Made by a program: the position numbers and the translations under genes
Part shown: positions 1 to 8,821 of the stretch, one piece after another
Position numbering within the stretch: position 1 is the first letter of the stretch
How the letters are laid out: the number at the start of each line of letters is the position of its first letter
From: an uncultured Gammaproteobacteria bacterium
GTDB taxonomy: Bacteria; Patescibacteriota; Microgenomatia; UBA10105; UBA927
NCBI GenBank assembly: GCA_964553825.1
Contig: CAZKLT010000001.1
Span: forward strand, 51,423 to 115,422
Direction: 5' to 3'
Length of the DNA stretch: 64,000 nt
The notes under the pieces: model-generated
Database searches by the model: none
What the model was told of the DNA's origin: nothing
The model's input: the letters and a program-made list of their open reading frames with translations, nothing else

Positions 1-1671
1 AAAAGTGCTGAGCCAGGCGTTGTTTTCATGGAGCGCTATAACAAGTGGTTCAATAATTATTATTTTGAACACGTAAACTGTGTGAACCCATGCGGTGAAG
101 AAGGGCTTCCAAGCTGGGGTGTATGCAATCTCTGCTCCATAAACGTTGCAGCGTTGGTGAACGAAAAGGGAGAAATGAATTACGACAGGCTTGCCGAAGT
201 GGCGAAGATCGGCGTCCGTTTTCAAGATGACGTCATCGATGCCGATTTTTATGTTTTTGAAGAAATCCGCAAAGTGCAGCAGCAGGGTGAGCGGCGCATT
301 GGGCTGGGCACCATGGGTTTGGGTGATGCACTTATTAAGATGAAGCTGCGATACGGATCTCCTGAAAGTCTTCCGGTCATCGATAAAATTTATCGGACGA
401 TTCGGGATGCTGCTTACGAAGCGTCAGCAGAAATTGCAAAAGAGAAAGGCGCGTTTCCAAAGATTGATATCAAGAAACATTTGGAAGGATATTTCGTAAA
501 GCAGTTGCCGGAAACGGTGAAGAAGAAAATAAAAAAATACGGTGTCCGCAATAGCGTCATCCTTCAACAGGCACCGACGGGCACAACATCGCTTTTGAGC
601 GGTGTCTCAAGCGGCATCGAGCCGGTGTACGAATTTGAATTCATTCGCCGTTCCCGGTTGGGTGAGCATATTTTGCGTCATCCACTGTATGAGGCATGGT
701 ATGAGGATTTCAAAAAAACAAACGGTCGCGAACCTACTCGCGAAGAGCGGCCGGCATGGTTTGTGTCAGCCAATGATTTGACGCCTGAGGATCACGTTTA
801 TGTGCAGGCAACGATTCAGAAGTATGTAGATGCATCCATCAGTAAGACGGTAAACGCGCCGAACGGACACACCGTTGAAGACGTGAAGCGCCTGTATACA
901 CTCGCGTACGAACAGGGATGCAAGGGTATTACGTACATGAGAGAGGGGAGTCGCCAGGGTGTGCTCGAACGAAAAGAAGAACCCAAGAAAGAAGAGGCGG
1001 TGGCCAAACCGGTTGAGGTGCCGATGCCTGAAGTCAAGCCGCGCCCGATGGTTGTTCAGGGGTCGACGTATCAGGTGGAAACCCCGGTAGGACAGGCATA
1101 TGTGACCATTAATACCAATGGAGGAAACAGGCCGCTGGAGATGTTTATTAATGTCGGCAAGGCAGGAAGTGACGTAACCGCTATGGCTGAAGCCATGGGG
1201 AGACTTATCTCTCTTACTCTTCGTATGGCATCACCCATCCCTGCCATTGAGCGTGCGCATAAAATCGCAGCCGAGCTTATTGGAATTGGTGGCGCCCGCA
1301 GTATGGGCTTTGGCGAGAATAGAGTGCGCAGTCTTCCTGATGCGGTGGCAAAAGTTATCGATAGGCATTTTGGATTTTTCACCAAGCATCGATTGGAAGA
1401 GGCCGTACCGGCGGGTGCTGCCGTACATACCGATACCAAGCCAATGGAGGCCAATGGCAATGGGCATACCAATGGGAACGGGAAGTCCTTGCATGCAGAT
1501 GCACCCCAAGTGGAGCCCGCAGAGCAGCCCATGACCGTTCCGGCACAGCAAATGCTCTTCACGCAGAAGCGCATGGTGACGGTGGATCTTTGTCCAAGCT
1601 GTGGAGAGGGGAGCCTGGTCTTTGAAGAATCCTGCAAGAAGTGTTACAGCTGCGGATACTCAGAGTGTTAG
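1..1671 (+). CDS. nrdJ: Class II adenosylcobalamin-dependent ribonucleotide reductase, 5'-truncated by the window edge, with C-terminal TSCPD domain and Zn ribbon
   Basis: Frame is open from base 1 (KSAEPGVVFM...). Motifs NPCGE (thiyl Cys), CNLCSIN, RRIGLG, APTGTTS, SGIEP, SISKTVN, KGITY and terminal CPSCG..ESCKKCYSCGYSEC. pduO is adjacent. Confidence 0.93.
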   Translation, partial: KSAEPGVVFMERYNKWFNNYYFEHVNCVNPCGEEGLPSWGVCNLCSINVAALVNEKGEMNYDRLAEVAKIGVRFQDDVIDADFYVFEEIRKVQQQGERRIGLGTMGLGDALIKMKLRYGSPESLPVIDKIYRTIRDAAYEASAEIAKEKGAFPKIDIKKHLEGYFVKQLPETVKKKIKKYGVRNSVILQQAPTGTTSLLSGVSSGIEPVYEFEFIRRSRLGEHILRHPLYEAWYEDFKKTNGREPTREERPAWFVSANDLTPEDHVYVQATIQKYVDASISKTVNAPNGHTVEDVKRLYTLAYEQGCKGITYMREGSRQGVLERKEEPKKEEAVAKPVEVPMPEVKPRPMVVQGSTYQVETPVGQAYVTINTNGGNRPLEMFINVGKAGSDVTAMAEAMGRLISLTLRMASPIPAIERAHKIAAELIGIGGARSMGFGENRVRSLPDAVAKVIDRHFGFFTKHRLEEAVPAGAAVHTDTKPMEANGNGHTNGNGKSLHADAPQVEPAEQPMTVPAQQMLFTQKRMVTVDLCPSCGEGSLVFEESCKKCYSCGYSEC

Positions 1672-1677
1672 GACGCT

Positions 1678-2229
1678 ATGCCTATCTATACCCGAACCGG
1701 TGACGCCGGAAAGACAAGTCTTTTTGGGGGCAAGCGCGTCCTGAAGTGTGAAGAACTGGTCGACGCGTATGGCTCGATGGACGAGCTGAACAGCTGGGTA
1801 GGCCTAATCATTTCGGCGGCAAAACACGATCATATCCGTGAGCTTCTGACGAAAATCCAGGGAGATCTTTTTACTATCGGTGGGAATCTTGCCGGCTGGA
1901 AAACGGATTTAGCGACCCTTCCCGTTCGGGTGACGGAAATGGAGGTAGAAATTGACGCGATGGAAGCAGAGCTCCCCGCGCTTACGAATTTTATCCTTCC
2001 CGGTGGATCCGTCTCTGCTTCCTACGTTCATATCGCAAGAAGTATAACAAGACGGGTAGAAAGACAGGTCGTTGCGCTGTCCCAAAAGGAAACAGTAGAT
2101 ACGGATATCATAAAATATCTCAACCGTCTTTCTGACTTGTTTTTTATGCTCGCGCGGTTTATAAATAAGGACGATAACAAAGTGGAAACGGTTTGGTCCG
2201 GTATTCCCCGAAAAGAAACAAAAAAATAA
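1678..2229 (+). CDS. pduO: ATP:cob(I)alamin adenosyltransferase, PduO type
   Basis: IYTRTGDAGKT, AYGSMDELNS, FILPGG, ARSITRRVER and YLNRLSDLFF are family motifs. Confidence 0.95.
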   Translation: MPIYTRTGDAGKTSLFGGKRVLKCEELVDAYGSMDELNSWVGLIISAAKHDHIRELLTKIQGDLFTIGGNLAGWKTDLATLPVRVTEMEVEIDAMEAELPALTNFILPGGSVSASYVHIARSITRRVERQVVALSQKETVDTDIIKYLNRLSDLFFMLARFINKDDNKVETVWSGIPRKETKK

Positions 2230-2232
2230 TCT

Positions 2233-2340
2233 TATCGGAAGCTCCGAATCCCGTGAAATTCGGGAACTGTGCCGCAACGGTAATAGTCCGGTCGCAGGCT
2301 TCTGGTATTTGCGCATCCTTCGAGTCAAAGGAGAAGCCAC
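2233..2340 (+). ncRNA. Cobalamin riboswitch (class II / AdoCbl-variant-like)
   Basis: Closing stem TATCGGAAGC (2233-2242) pairs with GCTTCTGGTA (2298-2307). T-loop hairpin TCCCGTGAAATTCGGGA, core CTGTGCCGCAACGGTAATAGTCCG, and P13-like hairpin TCCTT-CGAGTCA-AAGGA (2316-2332). Lies next to B12 genes. Confidence 0.8.
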
Positions 2341-2344
2341 AAGC

Positions 2345-2370
2345 ACCTTCTCGATTCGAGAAGGTTTTTT
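2345..2370 (+). terminator. Intrinsic terminator, probable riboswitch expression platform
   Basis: ACCTTCTCG-ATT-CGAGAAGGT followed by a T run. Confidence 0.8.
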
Positions 2371-2389
2371 GTGGCAGAGAGGCAAGTAT

Positions 2390-4393
2390 ATGGGTCACGA
2401 ATGGGATCCCCAAAACGAAACAAATTATCTGGAAGAAATGCTCAATAGTGGCGTCGGGAAAGATGCGGTGTCCATAGCGCTTGCAAAGGACGCTGTTGCC
2501 TACGAGCACGAATTCATTCTCGCCCAAACACTCATTCCGTTTGACTATGAAATCAATGATCAGGGCAGATGGACCGATAGCGGCGGGAAGACCATCGAGG
2601 AATTGACTGATCCTGATGATGTCGGAGCTGACCGACTCGGCCGTGTGCTTAGGGCCGAGTCGGCGATGATGAACGATCCGTCTATAGCAATGGCTGCGGT
2701 TGCCAGTCCAGATTTGGGGTTCGGTAGGAATTACGTGTATCTTTATTCTCGCGGCGAAGGAAATGCCATACAGGCACTCGCAGTCGAGTTTCATGGCAAT
2801 GAAGATGCTCTGAAAAAATTTTTCCACGGTCTGGGAGCCGCAGGAGAAGCAGACACCTCTCAAAGTGATGATTTTGAGAAACCGCTTCTTTTTTCCCGCG
2901 CCATTACGCCCCAGGAGATTCTCGCACAGGCACAGGAAACAGTCGCACACGAAAAACAAGCTGAAGGGTATCTTACCCGTCTTTCTCGGGACGTATCCGT
3001 ATTTCCGCTTATTTTGCGGGAGCGGGAGCGGCAAGTTGAACAGATGGCGGAAATAGCGCTTGAACATATGATCGCACAGGATGATGTGCGGGAAGGCTTG
3101 GCCGCAGCAGTATACGGCGTAATCGCTCTTTCTGCAGATACGGCGCAGGATACCGCCATGCGGGTCGTAGACGATACAAAAGAAGCGTTCGTCGGTGTGA
3201 TTGACTATGTGAAACGCAGACCCCCTATAGAACAATCGATGACACTCGTGCCTCAGTATGAATCTCCGACGTATACGACACACATAGAAGAAATTGTACG
3301 GGGAGAGAATCCGGCTTTGATACCGGCGCTTACAGCCGAACCTGCAGGCGAGGACTTTGCTCGTCTGACCGAAGAGGAGCAGGTACAGGTTTGGAATGAA
3401 ACGGTACAAGACGTGTTGTCCGTTCCCGAACAGACCGCTCAGCAGATGGCAGCGGAGGTGGTGCAGATTTGGGAAATTACATCCCGGGCAAGAGAAGTAC
3501 TGGAAGTAGCCACAGAGGTATTTGATCAAATACCGGACGTATGCGTACCGGCAGGACTTTTTATGCTGGACGTCCTTGCCATGCAACCGCATGAAGGAGG
3601 CTTGGGAGAGGGAGTTTTCCTGATACCACCCGAAATGGCCCCGGTCGTGTCAGCAGAAACAGCGTCTCAAAAAGGGATACCAGAGCAGATTACTGTTTGG
3701 CATAAGGATATTCCTAATGACTCTTTGGAAGTGGCGCTATCTTTTATTGCCAGTGAGGCAAACGGAAAAGAAAAAACATTTGCACCTGAGCGGCTTTTGC
3801 GCATTGCCGATTCTGTGGATGTGTATACGCTGACGGAAACGGTGGCGTTTGTTAAAACTATCGATACGCTTTCGCTTGCGGAACAAAAAAATGCAATCGC
3901 TCACGAGAAAGCATCGACGGGAGAGAAAATACTATTTCTTACCGGAGAGATTCAAAGAATAATCGTCGGAACGAACCCAGAAACGTTTTCGGCCACAAAA
4001 ACAAAAGAGGAGGCAGAGAAAAAAGAGGTATCTCAATTCTCCCTTGCGGTCGGCCTTTGGCTTATGTTGAAACTTATGAATTATTACTCCGCGCTCTCTT
4101 CCCTCGAGGGCTTCGTCGCCGGTCTGACACTGGGGAAGAACAGATTCGGTCATTCTCAAAACCATGGGTTATTGAGGCATATCTCAGAAGACGGTAAAGC
4201 AGAAGTCCTGGTGCAGCGGGAGTCGGGACAGTGGCTTCTTCTTTCGATCATTTGGCATCTGGCAATGATTCGTGAACAAGGAATGCAGACGACAAAAACC
4301 AATACCGGGAAGAAAAAGACAGTAAAAAAAACCATTGTCGCAAATATGCCGATTATGCCACTCTATGGCGTCATATTTGCCTATGGTTCGTGA
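2390..4393 (+). CDS. Hypothetical protein, 667 aa, acidic, with hydrophobic segments near the C-terminus
   Basis: Long ORF; ATG 2390 follows GAGAGG. No family motif recognised. Confidence 0.8.
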   Translation: MGHEWDPQNETNYLEEMLNSGVGKDAVSIALAKDAVAYEHEFILAQTLIPFDYEINDQGRWTDSGGKTIEELTDPDDVGADRLGRVLRAESAMMNDPSIAMAAVASPDLGFGRNYVYLYSRGEGNAIQALAVEFHGNEDALKKFFHGLGAAGEADTSQSDDFEKPLLFSRAITPQEILAQAQETVAHEKQAEGYLTRLSRDVSVFPLILRERERQVEQMAEIALEHMIAQDDVREGLAAAVYGVIALSADTAQDTAMRVVDDTKEAFVGVIDYVKRRPPIEQSMTLVPQYESPTYTTHIEEIVRGENPALIPALTAEPAGEDFARLTEEEQVQVWNETVQDVLSVPEQTAQQMAAEVVQIWEITSRAREVLEVATEVFDQIPDVCVPAGLFMLDVLAMQPHEGGLGEGVFLIPPEMAPVVSAETASQKGIPEQITVWHKDIPNDSLEVALSFIASEANGKEKTFAPERLLRIADSVDVYTLTETVAFVKTIDTLSLAEQKNAIAHEKASTGEKILFLTGEIQRIIVGTNPETFSATKTKEEAEKKEVSQFSLAVGLWLMLKLMNYYSALSSLEGFVAGLTLGKNRFGHSQNHGLLRHISEDGKAEVLVQRESGQWLLLSIIWHLAMIREQGMQTTKTNTGKKKTVKKTIVANMPIMPLYGVIFAYGS

Positions 4394-4405
4394 TATGATA
4401 CTTCT

Positions 4406-4849
4406 ATGACTAATCTGCCCGCAGATACGAGTGTAACTGATGCACAAACGACTCAGTCGACACCGCCCGTTTCCCCGGTAACGCCGTCGGGGAATAAGGA
4501 AATGGTTGGCGGTACGATTGACGCCAAAGAAGGCCTTATCGATGTTACCGGTCAGGAAATGGCGCTACCCAAGGAAGTCGCTTCAGCGGGAGTGCACATG
4601 CAGCCAACGACGATTCCGATCCCTCCCCCGGTAGCGCAGCTGGGCGTAAAACCGGCAGGACCCAACGTGCCCGTATCGCCAACACCCACAGTGACGCTTC
4701 CTATTTCAGATGACCAGATCGCACAGGGACTTACATTGAGTGTAACCGAGTCATGGAGATGGCTTTCCGAGTGGTGTGTCAAGCGGTTGAAACAGCTACA
4801 TGTCGGCATTCAGACGGTCGGCGGGAAAATAATCCGGGTAAAAATTTAA
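4406..4849 (+). CDS. Pro/Thr-rich hypothetical protein with Trp-rich amphipathic C-terminus (SWRWLSEWCVKRLK)
   Basis: ORF with an extended -10 (TGATATGAT) 6 nt before the ATG; ends 4 nt before the VirD4-like gene. Confidence 0.75.
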   Translation: MTNLPADTSVTDAQTTQSTPPVSPVTPSGNKEMVGGTIDAKEGLIDVTGQEMALPKEVASAGVHMQPTTIPIPPPVAQLGVKPAGPNVPVSPTPTVTLPISDDQIAQGLTLSVTESWRWLSEWCVKRLKQLHVGIQTVGGKIIRVKI

Positions 4850-4853
4850 TCGT

Positions 4854-7202
4854 ATGCAGGATCAATTACTTGATGGTGTTTATAGACTTGAAGTAATAGG
4901 AATAAGCGTTTTGCTCATGCTGTTTTTTTTGGGCGGGCTTTTTTTGGTGGGCTATATTCTGTTTCTTATGTGGAAATACAGAAACAGGGAAGAACACTCG
5001 CTTGAGACGGTGCTTCTTCAGATTGCCGTGCCCCGCGATAACGAAATTAAGATTGACGCCGCAGAACAGATGTTTTCAAGTCTTCACAGCATCGCACATG
5101 GAGATTTTTGGTCCTTTCTCAAGCCGCAGGAGCATTTGTCCTTTGAGATCGTGGCGCGGCCGGAAGACATTCGATTTTATGTTGCGGTCCCCAAGAAGCT
5201 CACCGACCTCGTCGAGAAGCAAATTCATGGAGCATATCCGGGAGCAGACATTCGGCAGGTAGAGGAATATGCGCTCTTTTCTGAGACCGGTAAAGTGGCT
5301 TTTGCCGCATTGTGTCTCGGAGGCGCGGATTATCAGCCGCTTCGTGTTTTTCGTGATCTTCCCACCGATCCGTTGTCTTCCATAACATCCGTTTTGGCCA
5401 AAATGCGTCCCGGGGAAGCTGCCGTTGTTCAGATATTGGTTCAGCCGGCAAATGATAAATGGCGGGGGCTTGGCAGATCATATATATCGAAAGTAAAGAA
5501 AAATGAAGCAAACCCCGATAAGGCAAGCTTTTCCGTAGATCCCAAGACACTGGAAGCCATTGAGCAGAAGGTAAGTAAGCCAGGATTTAACACCGTTATT
5601 CGGTGTGTGGTGTCGGCGGAAACGAAAGAAAACGCGCAGATGCATCTGGATAATCTATTGACTAGTTTCAGCCAGTTCTCATCCGACCATAATCACTTTA
5701 CGAAAGTAAAAATGCCATTCAAGCAGTTGTTTATGATGGACTTCATTTATCGGTATTTTCCGATTATGAATGTACCGCTTTTTCGCCAATTCAGCGTCAT
5801 GAACAGTGATGAGTTGGCAAGCGTATTTCATCTCCCGAATAAATCAATCGAAACTGCGCATATTTACTGGCTGAATGCAAAGCGGGCACCGGCACCCTCG
5901 CAAATTCCCATGAGCGGTCTGTATTTGGGTAAGTCCCGGTACCGTGGTGTAGAGCGGCCGATTTTCATTGGTGAGGATGACAGAAGAAGGCATATGTACG
6001 TCATCGGGAAAACAGGCACCGGCAAATCACAGTTATTAGAAGAAATGATTATTCAGGATATCAATGAAGGAAAGGGGATCGCCGTTGTCGATCCTCATGG
6101 TGATCTTATTGATGGTATCCTTGCGCGCATGCCCGCGTCCCGCGCAGAAGACGTAATTTATTTTGACCCGTCTGACCTTGAGCGGCCGATGGGGCTCAAC
6201 ATGCTTGAAGCCAAAACAGAAGAGCAAAAACATTTCGTGGTTACCTCCATTGTCGGTCTTATGTATAAGCTGTATGACCCGATGAAAACCGGTATCATCG
6301 GGCCCCGATTCGAACACGCGATTCGAAACGCCATGTTAACGGTTATGGTGGAGCCAGGCAACACGTTTGTGGAAGTAGTGCGTGTGTTAACGGACAGCGC
6401 ATTTGTGCAGGAGCTTTTGCCGAAGCTGCAGGATCCGATTATCCGTCGGTATTGGACTGATCAGATTGCGCAGACAGCTGACTTTCATAAATCTGAGGTG
6501 CTTGATTATATCGTTTCCAAATTCGGCCGATTTGTCACCAATAAACTCATGCGTAATATCATCGGCCAATCCCAATCGTCATTTGATTTCCGCAAAGTAA
6601 TGGATGACGGGAAAATTTTACTGGTCAATCTTGCCAAGGGAAAAATTGGGGAAGAGAACAGTAACTTCCTGGGACTTATTCTGGTGCCGCGCATTCTTAT
6701 ATCCGCTATGAGTCGTCAGGAAATTCCGGAAAGTCAGCGCCGAGATTTCTACTTGTATGTCGATGAATTTCAGAACTTTGCGACACCCGATTTCGCACAA
6801 ATTCTTTCAGAAGCCAGAAAATACCGCCTCAACCTTATCGTAGCGAATCAATTCATCGGTCAAATGGAAGAAGAGGTGAAAAACGCCGTGTTTGGGAATG
6901 TCGGAACCGTTGTTTCGTTCCGCGTTGGTGTTACCGATGCCAACTATCTCCAGCATGAATTCCAGCCGACGTTTAATGAAGCAGATCTTATCAATATCGA
7001 CAAATTCAATGCTTATATAAAGACCAGCGTCAGAAATGAACCGGTTAAACCATTTAGCATGGACTTAACGAAAGACATGACGAAAGTAAATGCTGCAAAA
7101 AATCCAAAAGTGTCCGAGGCAATCATCCAATTATCGCGATTGAAATTCGGCCGATCAAGAGAATTGGTCGAGGCAGAGATTGCACATCGTGCGCGATTGT
7201 AA
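4854..7202 (+). CDS. Type IV coupling protein-like ATPase (VirD4/TrwB/TraD-HerA/FtsK superfamily), N-terminal membrane anchor
   Basis: RRRHMYVIGKTGTGKS (Walker A), VVDPHGD, LYVDEFQNF (Walker B), LSEARKYRL, ANQFIGQ, FGNVGT. Confidence 0.88.
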   Translation: MQDQLLDGVYRLEVIGISVLLMLFFLGGLFLVGYILFLMWKYRNREEHSLETVLLQIAVPRDNEIKIDAAEQMFSSLHSIAHGDFWSFLKPQEHLSFEIVARPEDIRFYVAVPKKLTDLVEKQIHGAYPGADIRQVEEYALFSETGKVAFAALCLGGADYQPLRVFRDLPTDPLSSITSVLAKMRPGEAAVVQILVQPANDKWRGLGRSYISKVKKNEANPDKASFSVDPKTLEAIEQKVSKPGFNTVIRCVVSAETKENAQMHLDNLLTSFSQFSSDHNHFTKVKMPFKQLFMMDFIYRYFPIMNVPLFRQFSVMNSDELASVFHLPNKSIETAHIYWLNAKRAPAPSQIPMSGLYLGKSRYRGVERPIFIGEDDRRRHMYVIGKTGTGKSQLLEEMIIQDINEGKGIAVVDPHGDLIDGILARMPASRAEDVIYFDPSDLERPMGLNMLEAKTEEQKHFVVTSIVGLMYKLYDPMKTGIIGPRFEHAIRNAMLTVMVEPGNTFVEVVRVLTDSAFVQELLPKLQDPIIRRYWTDQIAQTADFHKSEVLDYIVSKFGRFVTNKLMRNIIGQSQSSFDFRKVMDDGKILLVNLAKGKIGEENSNFLGLILVPRILISAMSRQEIPESQRRDFYLYVDEFQNFATPDFAQILSEARKYRLNLIVANQFIGQMEEEVKNAVFGNVGTVVSFRVGVTDANYLQHEFQPTFNEADLINIDKFNAYIKTSVRNEPVKPFSMDLTKDMTKVNAAKNPKVSEAIIQLSRLKFGRSRELVEAEIAHRARL

Positions 7203-7267
7203 TCTGCCTCTTTACATACCTGTAGAAAAAGGTATTCTCCTAATATAGCCAAAAAATAAATATCTTC

Positions 7268-8665
7268 ATGGATATATCTTCCGGACCCACAGGGGCAGCA
7301 AAATTGCCAGAAAAAATAGTCTACTTTTTTAATATGTCTGAGGACGTATGGCCCTTTATCAGCGCCATGTCCGACAAGAAGAGCCGTACCAGCGAAATTC
7401 AGGAGAATGTATTTCTTGCAGACATGCGGTTATTTCAATTTTGCGCGGAGGATGATCATCTCTTTTTCATTTGTCCGCAGGGAGTAAGTCCCGAATTTCT
7501 TGATTACTTCCAGAGTTTGTTCGGAATTAAACATATAACCATCATCACGATGACACATCATACCGGATCACTGTGCGACGATATTCTGAATGACGAAACC
7601 ATAATGAAGAAATTGATAGAAATTGCCAATTCCACGAGACGATTGACGGTTACCAGTTATGCGACGACACCTGAATTCCTTCATTTGATGCGGGAACTGC
7701 GTAACCGGGGCCTGACGATTTACGCGCCGGAGTCGCCGGAGGAAGAAGACGGATGGACGGTGAATTTCTACGGAAGCAAATCAGGGATACGACAACTGGC
7801 ACAACAAAGTCAGAATGTCGAGCCGGATTTTAAGATGGCTGAAGGATTGATATGCGTCGGCATTGAGGACGCAGCGAAGATCGCCGCCAAACGATATGTC
7901 AAAGAAAACGGAGTGGTGATCAAGACCAATAAGGGACACGCGGGGATGGGCGTTCTTCTCTTTCGTCCGGGCGATCTTCCGCAGGATTATTTATCCTGTG
8001 AGCAAATGATACTCAGGGTCCTGGAGAAGGAAGCGTATTGGAGTAAATTTCCGATCATCGTGGAAGATTTTATCCAAATACAAACTTCTATCGGCGGCGG
8101 CTGTCCCAACGTGGAGTTTAAGATTCTGAAAAACGGGAGAGTAGAGTTTCTTTATTATTGTGGCATGCGCATGACTGCGGACGGCATCTTTAAGGGTGTT
8201 GAAATTCATAATGAAGTAGTCAGCGATCGCATTGCCGCACAAATGGTAGATACCGGTTTTTTTGTGGGAGAGCGGTATGCAGCAGCAGGATATAGGGGAT
8301 ATTATGATCTTGATTTTGTGGCCGGAAGAAACGGTCAACTGTTTGTGACGGAGTCGAATGTTCGGACAACGGGAGGAACGTTTGTGTACACGACGGCGTT
8401 AAAACTTTTCGGGAAAGATTTTATGTATATCACCAATGTACTGTCAAATAACAGTTACGATATTTCCCATCTTGGGCATCAGACATTTTCCCAAATTCAG
8501 GAAAAACTCCGTCCCATATTATTTAATAAATCGACGCAGGAAGGAGTATTAACAGTTTCTGAGAACTTGCTTCGAATGGATAAACTGGCGTACATTATAT
8601 TCGGTAAAACGAAAAAACGAGCCTACGATATTGAGGCAGAGATGGAATCGCTTCTGAAAGTCTAA
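7268..8665 (+). CDS. ATP-grasp fold ligase (pre-ATP-grasp / PGM1-like peptide ligase type)
   Basis: VIKTNKGHAGMGV, IIVEDFI, GYRGYYDLDFV and ESNVRTTGGT (ExNxR) motifs. Confidence 0.7.
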   Translation: MDISSGPTGAAKLPEKIVYFFNMSEDVWPFISAMSDKKSRTSEIQENVFLADMRLFQFCAEDDHLFFICPQGVSPEFLDYFQSLFGIKHITIITMTHHTGSLCDDILNDETIMKKLIEIANSTRRLTVTSYATTPEFLHLMRELRNRGLTIYAPESPEEEDGWTVNFYGSKSGIRQLAQQSQNVEPDFKMAEGLICVGIEDAAKIAAKRYVKENGVVIKTNKGHAGMGVLLFRPGDLPQDYLSCEQMILRVLEKEAYWSKFPIIVEDFIQIQTSIGGGCPNVEFKILKNGRVEFLYYCGMRMTADGIFKGVEIHNEVVSDRIAAQMVDTGFFVGERYAAAGYRGYYDLDFVAGRNGQLFVTESNVRTTGGTFVYTTALKLFGKDFMYITNVLSNNSYDISHLGHQTFSQIQEKLRPILFNKSTQEGVLTVSENLLRMDKLAYIIFGKTKKRAYDIEAEMESLLKV

Positions 8666-8748
8666 TCCCCACGTTTGATATAATACGTCTACTATTGCTT
8701 CCGAACAAAGATCACTGGAAAGAAGTCGTAGGTGTTTCGTCCCAGAAG

Positions 8749-8820
8749 GCGTCCGTAGCTCAGCGGTAGAGCGATTGTCTTATACACAATTGGTCGGTGG
8801 TTCGAATCCATCCGGACGCA
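8749..8820 (+). tRNA. tRNA-Ile (anticodon UAU), CCA not encoded
   Basis: Cloverleaf GCGTCCG/CGGACGC, D arm GCTC-AGCGGTA-GAGC, anticodon arm ATTGT-CTTATAC-ACAAT (TAT at 8781-8783), T arm GGTGG-TTCGAAT-CCATC, discriminator A. Confidence 0.92.
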
Positions 8821-8821
8821 C

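Noticed and set aside
1-1671. Intein or intron in the ribonucleotide reductase
   Set aside because: Motif spacing is continuous in the visible part, and the low-complexity stretch near the C-terminus has no splicing motifs. The 5' part is outside the window.
2309-2389. Upstream TTG start for the 694-aa ORF
   Set aside because: It would run through the riboswitch and terminator; ATG 2390 with a GAGAGG site fits better.
2159-3592. 477-aa minus-strand ORF
   Set aside because: Antisense shadow of the 2390-4393 gene and the riboswitch; Cys/Arg/Phe-rich composition with no motifs.
4854-8820. Integrative conjugative element ending at the tRNA
   Set aside because: No integrase, relaxase or VirB genes, and I noticed no duplicated tRNA 3' end.
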